Assembly (NCBI GenBank): GCA_965140415.1
Contig: OZ223209.1
Location: 1,984,001-2,048,000, forward strand
Direction of reading: 5' to 3'
Origin: Myxococcota bacterium
GTDB lineage: Bacteria > Myxococcota_A > SURF-8
Length of the DNA: 64,000 nucleotides
This document shows, in pieces, positions 19,396-29,081 of the stretch (positions are counted from its first letter, which is position 1; each line of letters starts with the position of its first letter). Position numbers and translations under genes: made by a program. The notes below the pieces were generated by a model that worked only from the letters and a program-made list of their open reading frames with translations, was not told the origin of the DNA and searched no databases.

Positions 19396-19456
19396 TGGTA
19401 GGGCAAATGTCCTGCCCGACACCAATCGGAATTGTCGGGTGAAATCACCCGACCTG
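19396..19456. repeat. REP-like double-hairpin element, copy 1
   Basis: GGGCA..TGCCC and GTCGGGTGA/TCACCCGAC hairpins; 19-nt core identical to 21619-21637. Confidence 0.6.
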
Positions 19457-19735
19457 TAACTGGCTTTGTGCCGACAAAGGTAGATCGAGCAAACAGATCG
19501 TCAATAGGATTGCAATCATCACGGTTACAGGCATCCGCATCTTTCACCTCATTCCATAATCGAAGGTGGTCCATTTTAAATAACAGCATGGTTACAAGAA
19601 TTTGTTACAAGAATTCGAATTGTGTTTTAATCGGTATTGATCTTAAATTTAAAAGATTATGATTTGCTTCAAGCATATAATCCTCTCTGTTTCATCGGAT
19701 AATATCCAATAAATAGTTCAAGAAAATTCACATTG

Positions 19736-21325
19736 TCAGGGAAACCGGATGCAGATTGTTTTTCGATCAAACGCTAACCAGACACTTCGATCTCCTCGCC
19801 ACACCCGGGCCTTCGTAATATAATTTACCGACACTTTATATTCCCATCCTTCATCGCAACCTAAGCCTACCCAACTATTAAATATAAAAGACTCTGTTTC
19901 CATATTCGCTGAGCTAAGGGATTCCAGAAAATAAAACCTCATATGGAGTAAACACATTTCTGGCCACCAAAGGCTCTCTATTACAATATCAATTGTCATC
20001 AATGGCCAGCCGCCCATACCGAAAGTCGTAACCAATCTGTCATCGTTTTCGGATTCAGGCACTGGCAGCAAATCGTGATAGGACGTGGTTTCTCCACTAA
20101 TCGGGTTATAGTGGATTTGATCTTTCAGCGCCCGATAATCGAGGCCGCTGTCATCCGGAAAATGCCTGGAGATCCACAGACCGTTTTCATCGACGCCGAT
20201 CAGGCGCGAAAGATCTTCTCCGAAATCGGTTCCAAAGTCGCGAATCGAGGTGCAATCGGTAGCTTCGGGTGTCAAAGCATAGAGCCGGTTGCCACCCATT
20301 AGGTAATAGGTTTCTCCGAACCAGTAACCAACTTCGTTGAACTGCGCCAGCATGTCCTCGCAGGGCGGGACGCGGTTCCAAGCTTGTGTAGTGGTGAAAA
20401 AGAAATGAGTGGAATCGTATTCCCGACCAGTTTCATAGACGCCAGTATTGGAAGCGTAAGCAACGTTCAGGGCAACGACCGCGCCTTGCACCTTCAGGCT
20501 GTAGGGATGTTTCACTTCTTCAACGCCTTCTGAATCGATGGCTGTTTCGTTCTGCACGAGATCAGCGGGTAGATCGAAAAAGCTCCATTCGCCTTGAACC
20601 AGGCGTCCGAGCCGGGTCGCCGTCGCGATCCAGATTTCCACCTGGCCTTCCAGCAAGCGACCATCCAAAGAAAAGACTTCCTCATTCACCCGTTCGTCGC
20701 AGCGCAGTTCGTTACTGGCTTCATCGTATTCCCAGAAACGATTGCCTGCAAACCAGGTTTTACCTGCATCATTTGACCAGACATCCAGAGCGTTGAAAGC
20801 TCCGCCACCCTCACAGCGAACGACGGTGGTATCTTCAAAAGGAAAGGTGTCCATACTCAGGTTCAGGGCTTCGATATCCGGTTCCTGGTCCATCTCGGAG
20901 GCACTATCCGATTCGGTTTCCACATCCGGTTCGAGCTCGATATTGTCCACATTGTCCGGGTCGGCGTCGAGTTCCAAGGTGTCTCCGTCCGTTTCCGGTG
21001 TTTCGTTATCGAGATCATGATCGCCATCCGCATCGGAATCGCCATCTGTATCTGTATCGCCGTCCGAATCCGGATCGGCGTCCCGGTCTCCATCCACCGG
21101 TGTTTCATCCAGATCGGCGGGGGGAGGATCACTATCGGGAAGGTCGGCGTCCAAATCTCCATCGGAAGAATTCTCACGATCAACGAGTTCCGTATCCTGG
21201 TCGGCGGGCGGCAGGTCGCCATCCGTCGAGGAACCGTCGTCCGAGCAGGCAGGCAACAGCAGTAAGCAGACAAGCAGGAACCACACAATCCCAACGCACT
21301 GCTTCTTGTGGAGAATGGGTGACAT
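19736..21325 (-). CDS. Lipoprotein with a long DGD/acidic linker and beta-rich C-terminal region
   Basis: Lipobox LPAC-SDD; CAGGAGG RBS; about 125-aa Asp-rich linker. Confidence 0.8.
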   Translation of the reverse strand: MSPILHKKQCVGIVWFLLVCLLLLPACSDDGSSTDGDLPPADQDTELVDRENSSDGDLDADLPDSDPPPADLDETPVDGDRDADPDSDGDTDTDGDSDADGDHDLDNETPETDGDTLELDADPDNVDNIELEPDVETESDSASEMDQEPDIEALNLSMDTFPFEDTTVVRCEGGGAFNALDVWSNDAGKTWFAGNRFWEYDEASNELRCDERVNEEVFSLDGRLLEGQVEIWIATATRLGRLVQGEWSFFDLPADLVQNETAIDSEGVEEVKHPYSLKVQGAVVALNVAYASNTGVYETGREYDSTHFFFTTTQAWNRVPPCEDMLAQFNEVGYWFGETYYLMGGNRLYALTPEATDCTSIRDFGTDFGEDLSRLIGVDENGLWISRHFPDDSGLDYRALKDQIHYNPISGETTSYHDLLPVPESENDDRLVTTFGMGGWPLMTIDIVIESLWWPEMCLLHMRFYFLESLSSANMETESFIFNSWVGLGCDEGWEYKVSVNYITKARVWRGDRSVWLAFDRKTICIRFP

Positions 21326-21597
21326 GAGAACCTCCTGATCGTCGATACTTAATAACGCTCGGAATATTATGCTGTATAGTTATAGTTACTTCATAATTCT
21401 TATCAATGCAAGCGGATTCATGGTAGCCCAGAGAGTGTTGCCAGCGGAAGATTTAGAAAATTGTAACTGCCGCCGGTGAATAAGATCCTACCATCCTGCA
21501 ATCGTGTGACGCGTGTGGGGAAACCTTCGTGAGCTGTAGTTAAAAAGCGTGGATTGGATATAGAACCGTGCGAAAGGATATCCCAACCTGCGGGATT

Positions 21598-21667
21598 TCG
21601 TGGGTTGGGCAAGTGCCTTGCCCGACACCAATCGGAAATGTAGGATACACTTTACCCGATCCACGAC
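21598..21667. repeat. REP-like double-hairpin element, copy 2 (degenerate)
   Basis: GTTGGGCAAG/CTTGCCCGAC hairpin, shared core TGCCCGACACCAATCGGAA, outer TCGTGG...CCACGA. Confidence 0.6.
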
Positions 21668-21703
21668 TCCCTGCAACTTTGTCAATATCTGTCAATTTGA
21701 ACG

Positions 21704-21736
21704 AAAAAAGGACTTGGCCAAAATGGCTAAGTCCTT
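21704..21736 (-). terminator. Terminator hairpin after the tRNA pair
   Basis: AAGGACTTAGCCA / TGGCCAAGTCCTT plus T run on the minus strand. Confidence 0.75.
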
Positions 21737-21744
21737 GAAATCTA

Positions 21745-21819
21745 TGGTGGGCGATGGCAGGTTTGAACTGCCGACTTCTACCGTGTGAAGGTAGCACTCT
21801 ACCGCTGAGTTAATCGCCC
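21745..21819 (-). tRNA. tRNA-Val(CAC)
   Basis: GGGCGATTAACTCAGCGGTAGAGTG-CTACC-TTCACAC-GGTAG...GTTCAAAC...ATCGCCCACCA cloverleaf with encoded CCA. Confidence 0.96.
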
Positions 21820-21854
21820 ATTCGATTTGTAAAAGTTCGTGAACTTGATTGCTC

Positions 21855-21931
<77 letters not shown>

Positions 21932-22090
21932 AATGGGACAGGATATATACCACCGGAGATAAAGTCGGTCAAGGCTTTTTTCAAGCAGTATTGGAACAAA
22001 GCAAGCCGATGCGAAGTGCCGGTGCGCGCAAGGGATACAATCGGTTCTCGATAAGTCGATTGCAACCCGCATAATAATGGCATCTCGCCA

Positions 22091-22483
22091 TTAACTGCCA
22101 CAAGAGCTCGTTTCCCCTCCAGGTTGAACTGGTTTATGATAGCCGTGGGGTTGGGGAACGATACAGATCATACGAAGGCGAGTTTTCCCGACATTCCGAA
22201 AATAGTGCTCCTCGTTCGGCTCGATAAATACCGCGTCGTAGACTTGGACCGGTACAAAGGTTCCATTCCGGAAGACCTCTGCTTCTCCTTCCAAAATGAA
22301 GGTTTCATGCTCGTATGGATGTGTATGATGAGGAGTCTGGCCACCCGGCTCGATGTCGAACACACGAAAATTGAAGTTCGGGGCACCATCCGCTTCACTG
22401 AACAACACGCGCATACCAACTCCCTTTGCACCGTCCAGTTCCACCTGCTCTGCCTTGATCTCTTCAACCGATTTTTTGATCAT
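22091..22483 (-). CDS. Cupin domain protein
   Basis: GAPNF, PGGQTPHHTHPYEHE..ILEG, EPNEEHYFRN. Confidence 0.92.
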   Translation of the reverse strand: MIKKSVEEIKAEQVELDGAKGVGMRVLFSEADGAPNFNFRVFDIEPGGQTPHHTHPYEHETFILEGEAEVFRNGTFVPVQVYDAVFIEPNEEHYFRNVGKTRLRMICIVPQPHGYHKPVQPGGETSSCGS

Positions 22484-22590
22484 TGCACGATTCTCCTGTT
22501 TTCACTCTCTGTTAAAAGACAGAAAAAAGAAGGGTTTTCATCCCATGATGAAAGGAATTTGCCGATTAACCACGGCTTGCTCGATTATTC

Positions 22591-23613
22591 TCAGTCTTCT
22601 TCATTCATGTCTTTAAACAGTTGATCCTGGCGTTCGGAATAGGAAGGCAAAATGCCGAAGCCGTCGGCGCTACGCACGGCATCTTCAATGGCGCGGGCCA
22701 CGCAACGACTGGCCAAGGTGCCTACACGATCGACATCCGCTTCAACATACCCGGTGGCTGCGCAGAAAATCACATCCCCATCGAAAGGAGCCAGCGCCGG
22801 GCGCATGACAAGGCGCAGGCCATCCTCGGCTCGATTGGCTACCTGCACACACAGAGGTTTATCCAGCCTGGCGTTTGTCAACACTGCCATCAACACTGTA
22901 TTTTCATTTTTAGGCGGTACAAAGCCAAGCGGTTTGGTGGTCCCTTCGCGCACGGCACGTTGACTGCCCATCAGATCCATCGAATCCGGTGCCATCCGCG
23001 CACCTGCCAGAATCTCTTCGCTGTCCGGATCGTGGACATCACCGAAACCATTGCAGGCTGCAATGACCTGTACCGACAAATCCCCCTCAACCATCGAGCT
23101 TGTTCCGATTCCGCCTTTCATCGCGCATTCAATGCCGGAAAATTTTCCGACTGTGGCTCCGCAACCTGCACCAACCGAACCTACCGCCATGCGATTGGGC
23201 TCGGCGACTTCACAGGCTTCCATGGCCATCTGGGCGGTCGGTCGCACGTTAAAGGAACCAAATCCCAGATCGAACAGCGCCGCCGTAGGGCAGATCGGTA
23301 CCGGTCCATAGCGCGTTGGTAATCCTCGTCCATTGTTTTCCAGAAACTGCAAAACACCACCGGTCGCACATAAGCCATACGCACTTCCTCCGGTAAAGAC
23401 AAAAGCATCCACCCTGTCTACTAAATGGGAGATCCGCAGTGAATCAGCCTGGCGCGTACTGGTTGAATGGCCGCAGAAATGTCCACCCGCCGGTGTGGCC
23501 TGATCGAACAACACGACTGTCACCCCCGTCTTTCCGTCGATATCTTGCACCTGGCCAACCCGAACGCCTGGAACGCGAATATCTCGATAGGTAATGCCGA
23601 CAGGCCCCCTCAT
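22591..23613 (-). CDS. P1/S58 (DmpA-like) peptidase
   Basis: TGVTVV, TGGSAYGL, GSVGAGCGA, KGGIG, ENT..., TNA.L, DGDVIF. Confidence 0.9.
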   Translation of the reverse strand: MRGPVGITYRDIRVPGVRVGQVQDIDGKTGVTVVLFDQATPAGGHFCGHSTSTRQADSLRISHLVDRVDAFVFTGGSAYGLCATGGVLQFLENNGRGLPTRYGPVPICPTAALFDLGFGSFNVRPTAQMAMEACEVAEPNRMAVGSVGAGCGATVGKFSGIECAMKGGIGTSSMVEGDLSVQVIAACNGFGDVHDPDSEEILAGARMAPDSMDLMGSQRAVREGTTKPLGFVPPKNENTVLMAVLTNARLDKPLCVQVANRAEDGLRLVMRPALAPFDGDVIFCAATGYVEADVDRVGTLASRCVARAIEDAVRSADGFGILPSYSERQDQLFKDMNEED

Positions 23614-23655
23614 GCCGCTCTCCTTTCATTTATCAGATGCATTGCTGTGGGATCT

Positions 23656-23690
23656 AAAAAAAATGCCCCCGCCATAATAGCGGAGGCACT
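23656..23690 (-). terminator. Rho-independent terminator
   Basis: TGCCTCCGC/GCGGGGGCA stem plus T run on the minus strand. Confidence 0.8.
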
Positions 23691-23739
23691 TATTTACCGA
23701 AGTAATCGTTTGCTTTTCATTCCACCTGCCAAGAGTTCA

Positions 23740-26700
23740 TTAGGGCAGACAGAGTGTATCGTAATCCACATCAATCGTGCTTCCACCTGGCGGTTCCTGA
23801 CCTTCCGGGTAAATGATGCTGTTGCTGTCTTCATCATACTCCCAGGTGTTGTCGATCACACCGTCGACCTTGACCACGATGGTATCGGGATCGGCCTGGC
23901 GGGTTAGGAAGAACTGGTTGAAGAGCACGAACAGGTTTTCGGCCATGGTGTTGAAAACATCATCGAAGGAATCTTCGCAGATCGACTCGAAATGCTCGTT
24001 GTCGTGGCGGTTGCAGGCGTCGGAGACTTCGATATAGCGCGGTCCTGCAGAGGCGTCGCCGGTATTCTCGTTCTGGCAACCACCGGGATCGTCACCGACG
24101 ATGGCGTAGGTTTCGATCATCGAAGTGTTACGCATACCTTTGATGCTACGCAGAAAATCGATGAAGAAGGGCACTTCCGAAGAGGAATTGTCCGGTTCAT
24201 CACTGACGAAAATGATCGACAGTTTGGCTTCATCGCGCAGGAATCCGGCATTCTCGTTGCTGATCAAAGGTTCAGACAAAGCCAAGTGTGCGGCTTCCAG
24301 ACCGGCTTCCGTATTGCCGTCGCAACTGGTACCCAGTTTTACGCAGTCTTTGAATTCGCTCTTGATTTGAGCGTCCGTGAGTGCATCGGGACCGGAGTTG
24401 GACAATACTGCCGGAGAACATTGCAGTTTACCGGAATGATCCGGGTCCACGATGTCCATGGAGGTGACTCCGATGTGCAGATCGACCGCACCTTCACCCC
24501 ACTGAAGGGCGTCGTTGATGAAGTTATCGAAGTTGTCTGCCAGATTGTCCTGCTCTTCCTGCATCGATCCGGAACAGTCGACCACCCACAGAATGTCCAC
24601 CATGGGGTATTGGTTCTGGGTGAAGTGATCGGTCGCATGACTGAGCAGCGTACCTTCGCCCTGTAGCGGTACAACCAACTGTGCGTTGTTTGCATCGTCG
24701 CTTATAATTTCCACACGTCCTACATGTGGTCCTTCATGGCTTGGACAGAACTTGACTTCAAAAGAGAAGCTCTGTGGATGCCCACCACCCAAGGTAATCG
24801 GGAAGTCTCCCTGTCCAGGACCGCTAACGATTTCAAAACGCTCGTCACTACCGGCACCAATTTGCATATCGGTGATGGTCAATTCAAGGTTACCTACGTT
24901 CCAGACCTTAACTTCTTCCGCCCGCGAGCAGCACTCCAGAGTTACCAATCCGAAGTCCAATTTGGATGGAATAACTTCGATTCCGCGCCGTGCACCAACA
25001 CCTTCGATTCCGACGACGGTCGGCACCGTCGGGTCCGGCACGAAATTCGGATCCAGCCACATCAGTTTTTCAGCATTGGTGAAGAACTGGAAGCCTGCGG
25101 TATAGCGGGAATTCTCCGTGGGAGGTGTGAAGGTGATGTTGACGTAAATCGTTTCGCCACGTTGCAGGGTATAGTCATGGAAACTGCCGTAATCTTCGTA
25201 GAAAGGCCGCGGTTCGATCATTGCAGGTGGGAAGTCGTACAGCGCGTTCCAAGCCAGACCGGTCACGCTTAAAGGAAGGTCACCGCAATTGCTGAAGGAT
25301 ACCTGCCGCGTGTTGGGAACATTCATTTGCGAATAACCGAAGTCGATACCGGGACCGGGAACATCGCCAAAGCCCCAAATACCTGAAGAGCCGTCCAGCG
25401 GTTGCACGTCAAGGCAAGCCGGCTGACGCTCGGTGACACAACCCACCAGGTCCACCTGGATCTTCTTTTCCGCCTGATCTTTGTCAAGCCACACGACTTC
25501 CATAAAGCCAACCTGCTGGCTGTCGTAGGGATGTACGTTTTCAATCGGTTTGTAGTTTACCGTGATGGCTTGTGCGCCACTTGCGTCCAGGGAAAACGGG
25601 GGTTGGTTTTCCGGGGTCCATTCGATGGTGTATGCGCCGTTGGAATCGTCGAGCATATTGACAGCTACAACCTGAGCCGTGGCGCAACCGGTATTTTTGA
25701 CCAGCACGTATTTGCGGTTGTCGAAGCCAGGGGCCTGGCAGCCGTAGCTGATCGCAGCCCGTTCCACTACTATCTGGGGAACACACTTGGCTTCCGAAGA
25801 CAGTCGAAGGCGCGTAATCGGTTGGCTGGGATCATCGGTCAGTAAAACCAACATGCCTTGCTGCGGCTCATCTCCTTCTGGAGCGAATTCCACAATCAGG
25901 TCTTCATCCAAGCCGGAAGCAATCGATTTGCCATCGGGCCAATCATCGGGATTGGCTAAAGAGAACTCGGTACTTGTTTCAGGTGTAAAGAACAACCCTT
26001 CGATATTCAGTGCCCCGTCTCCGTTATTGGACACGCTGACTTCCTGGTATTTGATTTCACCCGCAGACACGGCACCGAAACGGAACTCGGTAGGACGTAC
26101 ATCGATGCGTCCTGTACCTGCCGCTTGTTTGGGGGTCAGCGTAATGGTGCAGTTGTCATTGCAATTCAGTACAACAGTGTCGTTGCCGCTATTGAAGTTG
26201 CCCGTACAGGTTTTTCCGTTATCGGTTTCGATGGATGAACCGGTTACTTCACCTTCAATGCTCTCGCCTCCGTAGTAGAAGACCACGTCGCAAGTTGTGT
26301 AATCGACGACGACATAGGTGTCGTGATTTTCAACCGAACCGCAGGCGAATTCACCATCGTACAGACCCGTGAAATCTTCACAACCTTCAGTTTGATCTCC
26401 ATCAGGGGTCGTATCTCCATCAGGATCATCGGTACCGTCACCATCTACCGCGTTATCCTGATCGCCATCCGGGCCGATGCTTAACACACAGATGCCGGTA
26501 CCGGCGCAATAGGGCTTGGATGTTCCATACCAGCTTGCGCATTCCGTGTCGGTCTGGCAGTTTCCATGTTCCACGCAAACCTGACTGATCAGATCACAAG
26601 TGGGATTGGTACCGATGCAGTCGGCATTGGATGTACAACCCGTATTCGACGAGTTGTCTCCATCTGGTATTTGGTCGTCACCGCTACTGTCGGAACAGGC

Positions 26701-26766
26701 GGTAAAGAAAAACAAGACCAAAACGACAGACGCCAACCATAAGGTCAGGGTTTGTGTACGGCTCAT
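23740..26766 (-). CDS. Large lipoprotein: Cys-rich N-terminus, DGD linker, about four ASH/choice-of-anchor-D-like Ig domains, C-terminal vWA domain
   Basis: Lipobox FTAC; repeated (L/I)DFG...V.(V/F).N.G...L.I pattern; DILWVVDCSGSM MIDAS motif, FLRDEAKLSIIFVSDE. Confidence 0.85.
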   Translation of the reverse strand: MSRTQTLTLWLASVVLVLFFFTACSDSSGDDQIPDGDNSSNTGCTSNADCIGTNPTCDLISQVCVEHGNCQTDTECASWYGTSKPYCAGTGICVLSIGPDGDQDNAVDGDGTDDPDGDTTPDGDQTEGCEDFTGLYDGEFACGSVENHDTYVVVDYTTCDVVFYYGGESIEGEVTGSSIETDNGKTCTGNFNSGNDTVVLNCNDNCTITLTPKQAAGTGRIDVRPTEFRFGAVSAGEIKYQEVSVSNNGDGALNIEGLFFTPETSTEFSLANPDDWPDGKSIASGLDEDLIVEFAPEGDEPQQGMLVLLTDDPSQPITRLRLSSEAKCVPQIVVERAAISYGCQAPGFDNRKYVLVKNTGCATAQVVAVNMLDDSNGAYTIEWTPENQPPFSLDASGAQAITVNYKPIENVHPYDSQQVGFMEVVWLDKDQAEKKIQVDLVGCVTERQPACLDVQPLDGSSGIWGFGDVPGPGIDFGYSQMNVPNTRQVSFSNCGDLPLSVTGLAWNALYDFPPAMIEPRPFYEDYGSFHDYTLQRGETIYVNITFTPPTENSRYTAGFQFFTNAEKLMWLDPNFVPDPTVPTVVGIEGVGARRGIEVIPSKLDFGLVTLECCSRAEEVKVWNVGNLELTITDMQIGAGSDERFEIVSGPGQGDFPITLGGGHPQSFSFEVKFCPSHEGPHVGRVEIISDDANNAQLVVPLQGEGTLLSHATDHFTQNQYPMVDILWVVDCSGSMQEEQDNLADNFDNFINDALQWGEGAVDLHIGVTSMDIVDPDHSGKLQCSPAVLSNSGPDALTDAQIKSEFKDCVKLGTSCDGNTEAGLEAAHLALSEPLISNENAGFLRDEAKLSIIFVSDEPDNSSSEVPFFIDFLRSIKGMRNTSMIETYAIVGDDPGGCQNENTGDASAGPRYIEVSDACNRHDNEHFESICEDSFDDVFNTMAENLFVLFNQFFLTRQADPDTIVVKVDGVIDNTWEYDEDSNSIIYPEGQEPPGGSTIDVDYDTLCLP

Positions 26767-27024
26767 GAAACAACTCCTTTAGCAGTAAACTTATGCATTT
26801 GGTATGGGCGAAACCCGTGGCGACGAACTAGATAGTAAAACTCGACTGCGTAAAGCTAGAATACGCTGTCAGTTTCTTTACTTATTATCAATTAATGTGG
26901 TCCCTTGTCAAGCGTTACAGTACTATATAGTGTATCGCGTAATAGTGTATCGCGTAAACCATAGATCACCCTGTTTATCATACAGGTGATCTAAAGGGGG
27001 TATGTCTTACAGATACTGTCGGAC

Positions 27025-28503
27025 TTAGAATAAGAATTGGTATCCCGCCAACAGACTCAATCCGCCATGCTCGGCGTTTGTCAATTTGAACTCTCGATTT
27101 TGAGCCGCGCCGCCAAGGTTAGGAATTTCCTTGGAATAATCCGTTTGGGAAATCATGTAGCGCGCTTTGATAAATGGTCCACCCTGCCACACGTTGAACT
27201 GAACGCCTGCCCAGAATGCAGCCGCATAGGTCCATTTTCGAATTTCGACATCGGTGATATCCAGGTTCTTGTCCACCGGTACGCTACGGGAATCGACGGA
27301 AACGTAGTTGCCGCCCACACCCAACCCGACAAAGGGCTGAACCAGTCCTTTGGTGAGGATAAACACATTCAATTCCGCCATAATGGGGATGGACATGAGA
27401 GTCAGATCCATATCGCTTTCTTCGGAAGTACCACCGCTTAGGATTTCCGAGTAGCTATACCGGGAATAGTCTACCGATATTCCCAACCGCAGGCGTTCCG
27501 ACCAGACGGGCAAAATGTAATCCGCGCTCAATCCTGCTGCAAACATGGGGCGTACGTTGGTGCTGGTGTTGTAGGCTTTTTCGATTGGATCGTAAGTTTT
27601 TAGGCTTTGAATGGCCAGATTTGCTCCCAGGCGCACTTCGATCATAACATTATTGCGACCACCTTCATCTGTCTTCGGCGCTGCGGTTTCGGTTTGGGCT
27701 GCTTCTTGCGGCAGAGGCTCCTCGACAGGCGTCATCGGAATTTCATCCACCGGTGGAGGGATGGCTTCTTCGGATTCCTCGGTCGGTTTCGGTTGGGGTT
27801 CTGCGACCGGTGCAGGAGCAGGCTCTTCCTTTTTAACCGGTTCTGGTTCTGCGACCGGCTGAGGAGCAGGTTCTTCTGTGACTGGCGCAGGTTCGGGTTG
27901 GGCTTCAACCGGGGCTGGAGCGGCAGCCGGCTCCTCCGCCGGAGTCAAAGGCACTAGCGGCACCAACGGCACAAGAGGAATCAGTTCCGGTTCCGGTTCG
28001 GCTGCGGGTGCTTCGAAAGAAAGCTGTACCCCACCTCCCAGCATCGCGTCGGGAGCAATCAGAATTCCCATACGCCAGGTTTCTTCAGGTACGTCTATGG
28101 TCCACGTTTGTGGAGGACCGGGAAGATAGTCGCTTACTCCCTCATAGCTCAACTTTCCACCTGCTTTGGCGGCAGCGGAAATTGTGGTCAGGGGGGCATT
28201 GTTTTTATAGATGGAGAACGTAACCGGTTTTGCAGCATTGGCACGATCATTGGGGGCGTAGTGTTTGATCATACCGACAATCAGTTTGCCCGGACCTGTT
28301 ACTTCGAATTGAATGGGAGCGAATGCGGAAATCAGATAGACGTCTGAAGCGGCCGCCCCATCGAGAAGACGCACCTGCTGATTGGCACTCAAAACCCTGA
28401 TTGGTTCTGCCTGAGCGTGAGCTGAGAAATTTGTGCCGAATAGCCAGAGCGTACCCGCCAACAGCAGGATCAGGGCTCTTTTAGTCTGCAAGTTCGTCTT
28501 CAT
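27025..28503 (-). CDS. Secreted protein with a Pro/Glu-rich linker and C-terminal outer-membrane beta-barrel
   Basis: Signal peptide AHA-Q; PLVPLVPLVPL and EP-rich linker; PFVGLGVG strand; terminal GYQFLF. Confidence 0.8.
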   Translation of the reverse strand: MKTNLQTKRALILLLAGTLWLFGTNFSAHAQAEPIRVLSANQQVRLLDGAAASDVYLISAFAPIQFEVTGPGKLIVGMIKHYAPNDRANAAKPVTFSIYKNNAPLTTISAAAKAGGKLSYEGVSDYLPGPPQTWTIDVPEETWRMGILIAPDAMLGGGVQLSFEAPAAEPEPELIPLVPLVPLVPLTPAEEPAAAPAPVEAQPEPAPVTEEPAPQPVAEPEPVKKEEPAPAPVAEPQPKPTEESEEAIPPPVDEIPMTPVEEPLPQEAAQTETAAPKTDEGGRNNVMIEVRLGANLAIQSLKTYDPIEKAYNTSTNVRPMFAAGLSADYILPVWSERLRLGISVDYSRYSYSEILSGGTSEESDMDLTLMSIPIMAELNVFILTKGLVQPFVGLGVGGNYVSVDSRSVPVDKNLDITDVEIRKWTYAAAFWAGVQFNVWQGGPFIKARYMISQTDYSKEIPNLGGAAQNREFKLTNAEHGGLSLLAGYQFLF

Positions 28504-29081
28504 TCTCGTTTTACTCCCGAACAACCCAAAATTAATAATCACACACAAGAAGTGTTTCAGGGATGTGTGTATTTATGCGAAATCGCAGCAGGATCTTAAC
28601 GTAGGTCTCAAAGGGGCGTCAAGAAAAAACTCCGTAGGGAAATCAAGGCCTTTTAATGAAATCAGCATGATTTTAGCTTCTTCTGCTTTTCTTCTCCATG
28701 AATGAGAGACTACAGTGAATTTTATTTGGTGTTTTCTGTTTGTGCGAATAAAAGAATTTTCAACAAAGAAACAGGAGGGCAGAAGGTCGTTCGCAGCTTT
28801 TTTAGCATTGTCGCCTTCATTCTGTTTGAGTGAGCTTCACTCCTCATTCGGTGAGAATGGTTGGATACGGAGTCTGCTCTGCTTCACGAGTAAGGCGTTG
28901 CCATCGGCGATTCTTGTCATGGCCGATTTAGAAGTAATAGAATTGGGTGATCAAGGATGGTAAATATTGTACTTCGTGTCAATTTCTGAAAATTGGTTGC
29001 GGAAATCGGCGTCAGTTGGTATGATTCCCTGCAAATATGCGGCAGTATTCCCAAATGTTTTTATTCCCTTAGAGGTGATGA

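Noticed and set aside
21704-21760. Integrative element at tRNA-Val
   Set aside because: No integrase and no duplicated tRNA 3' end found in the window
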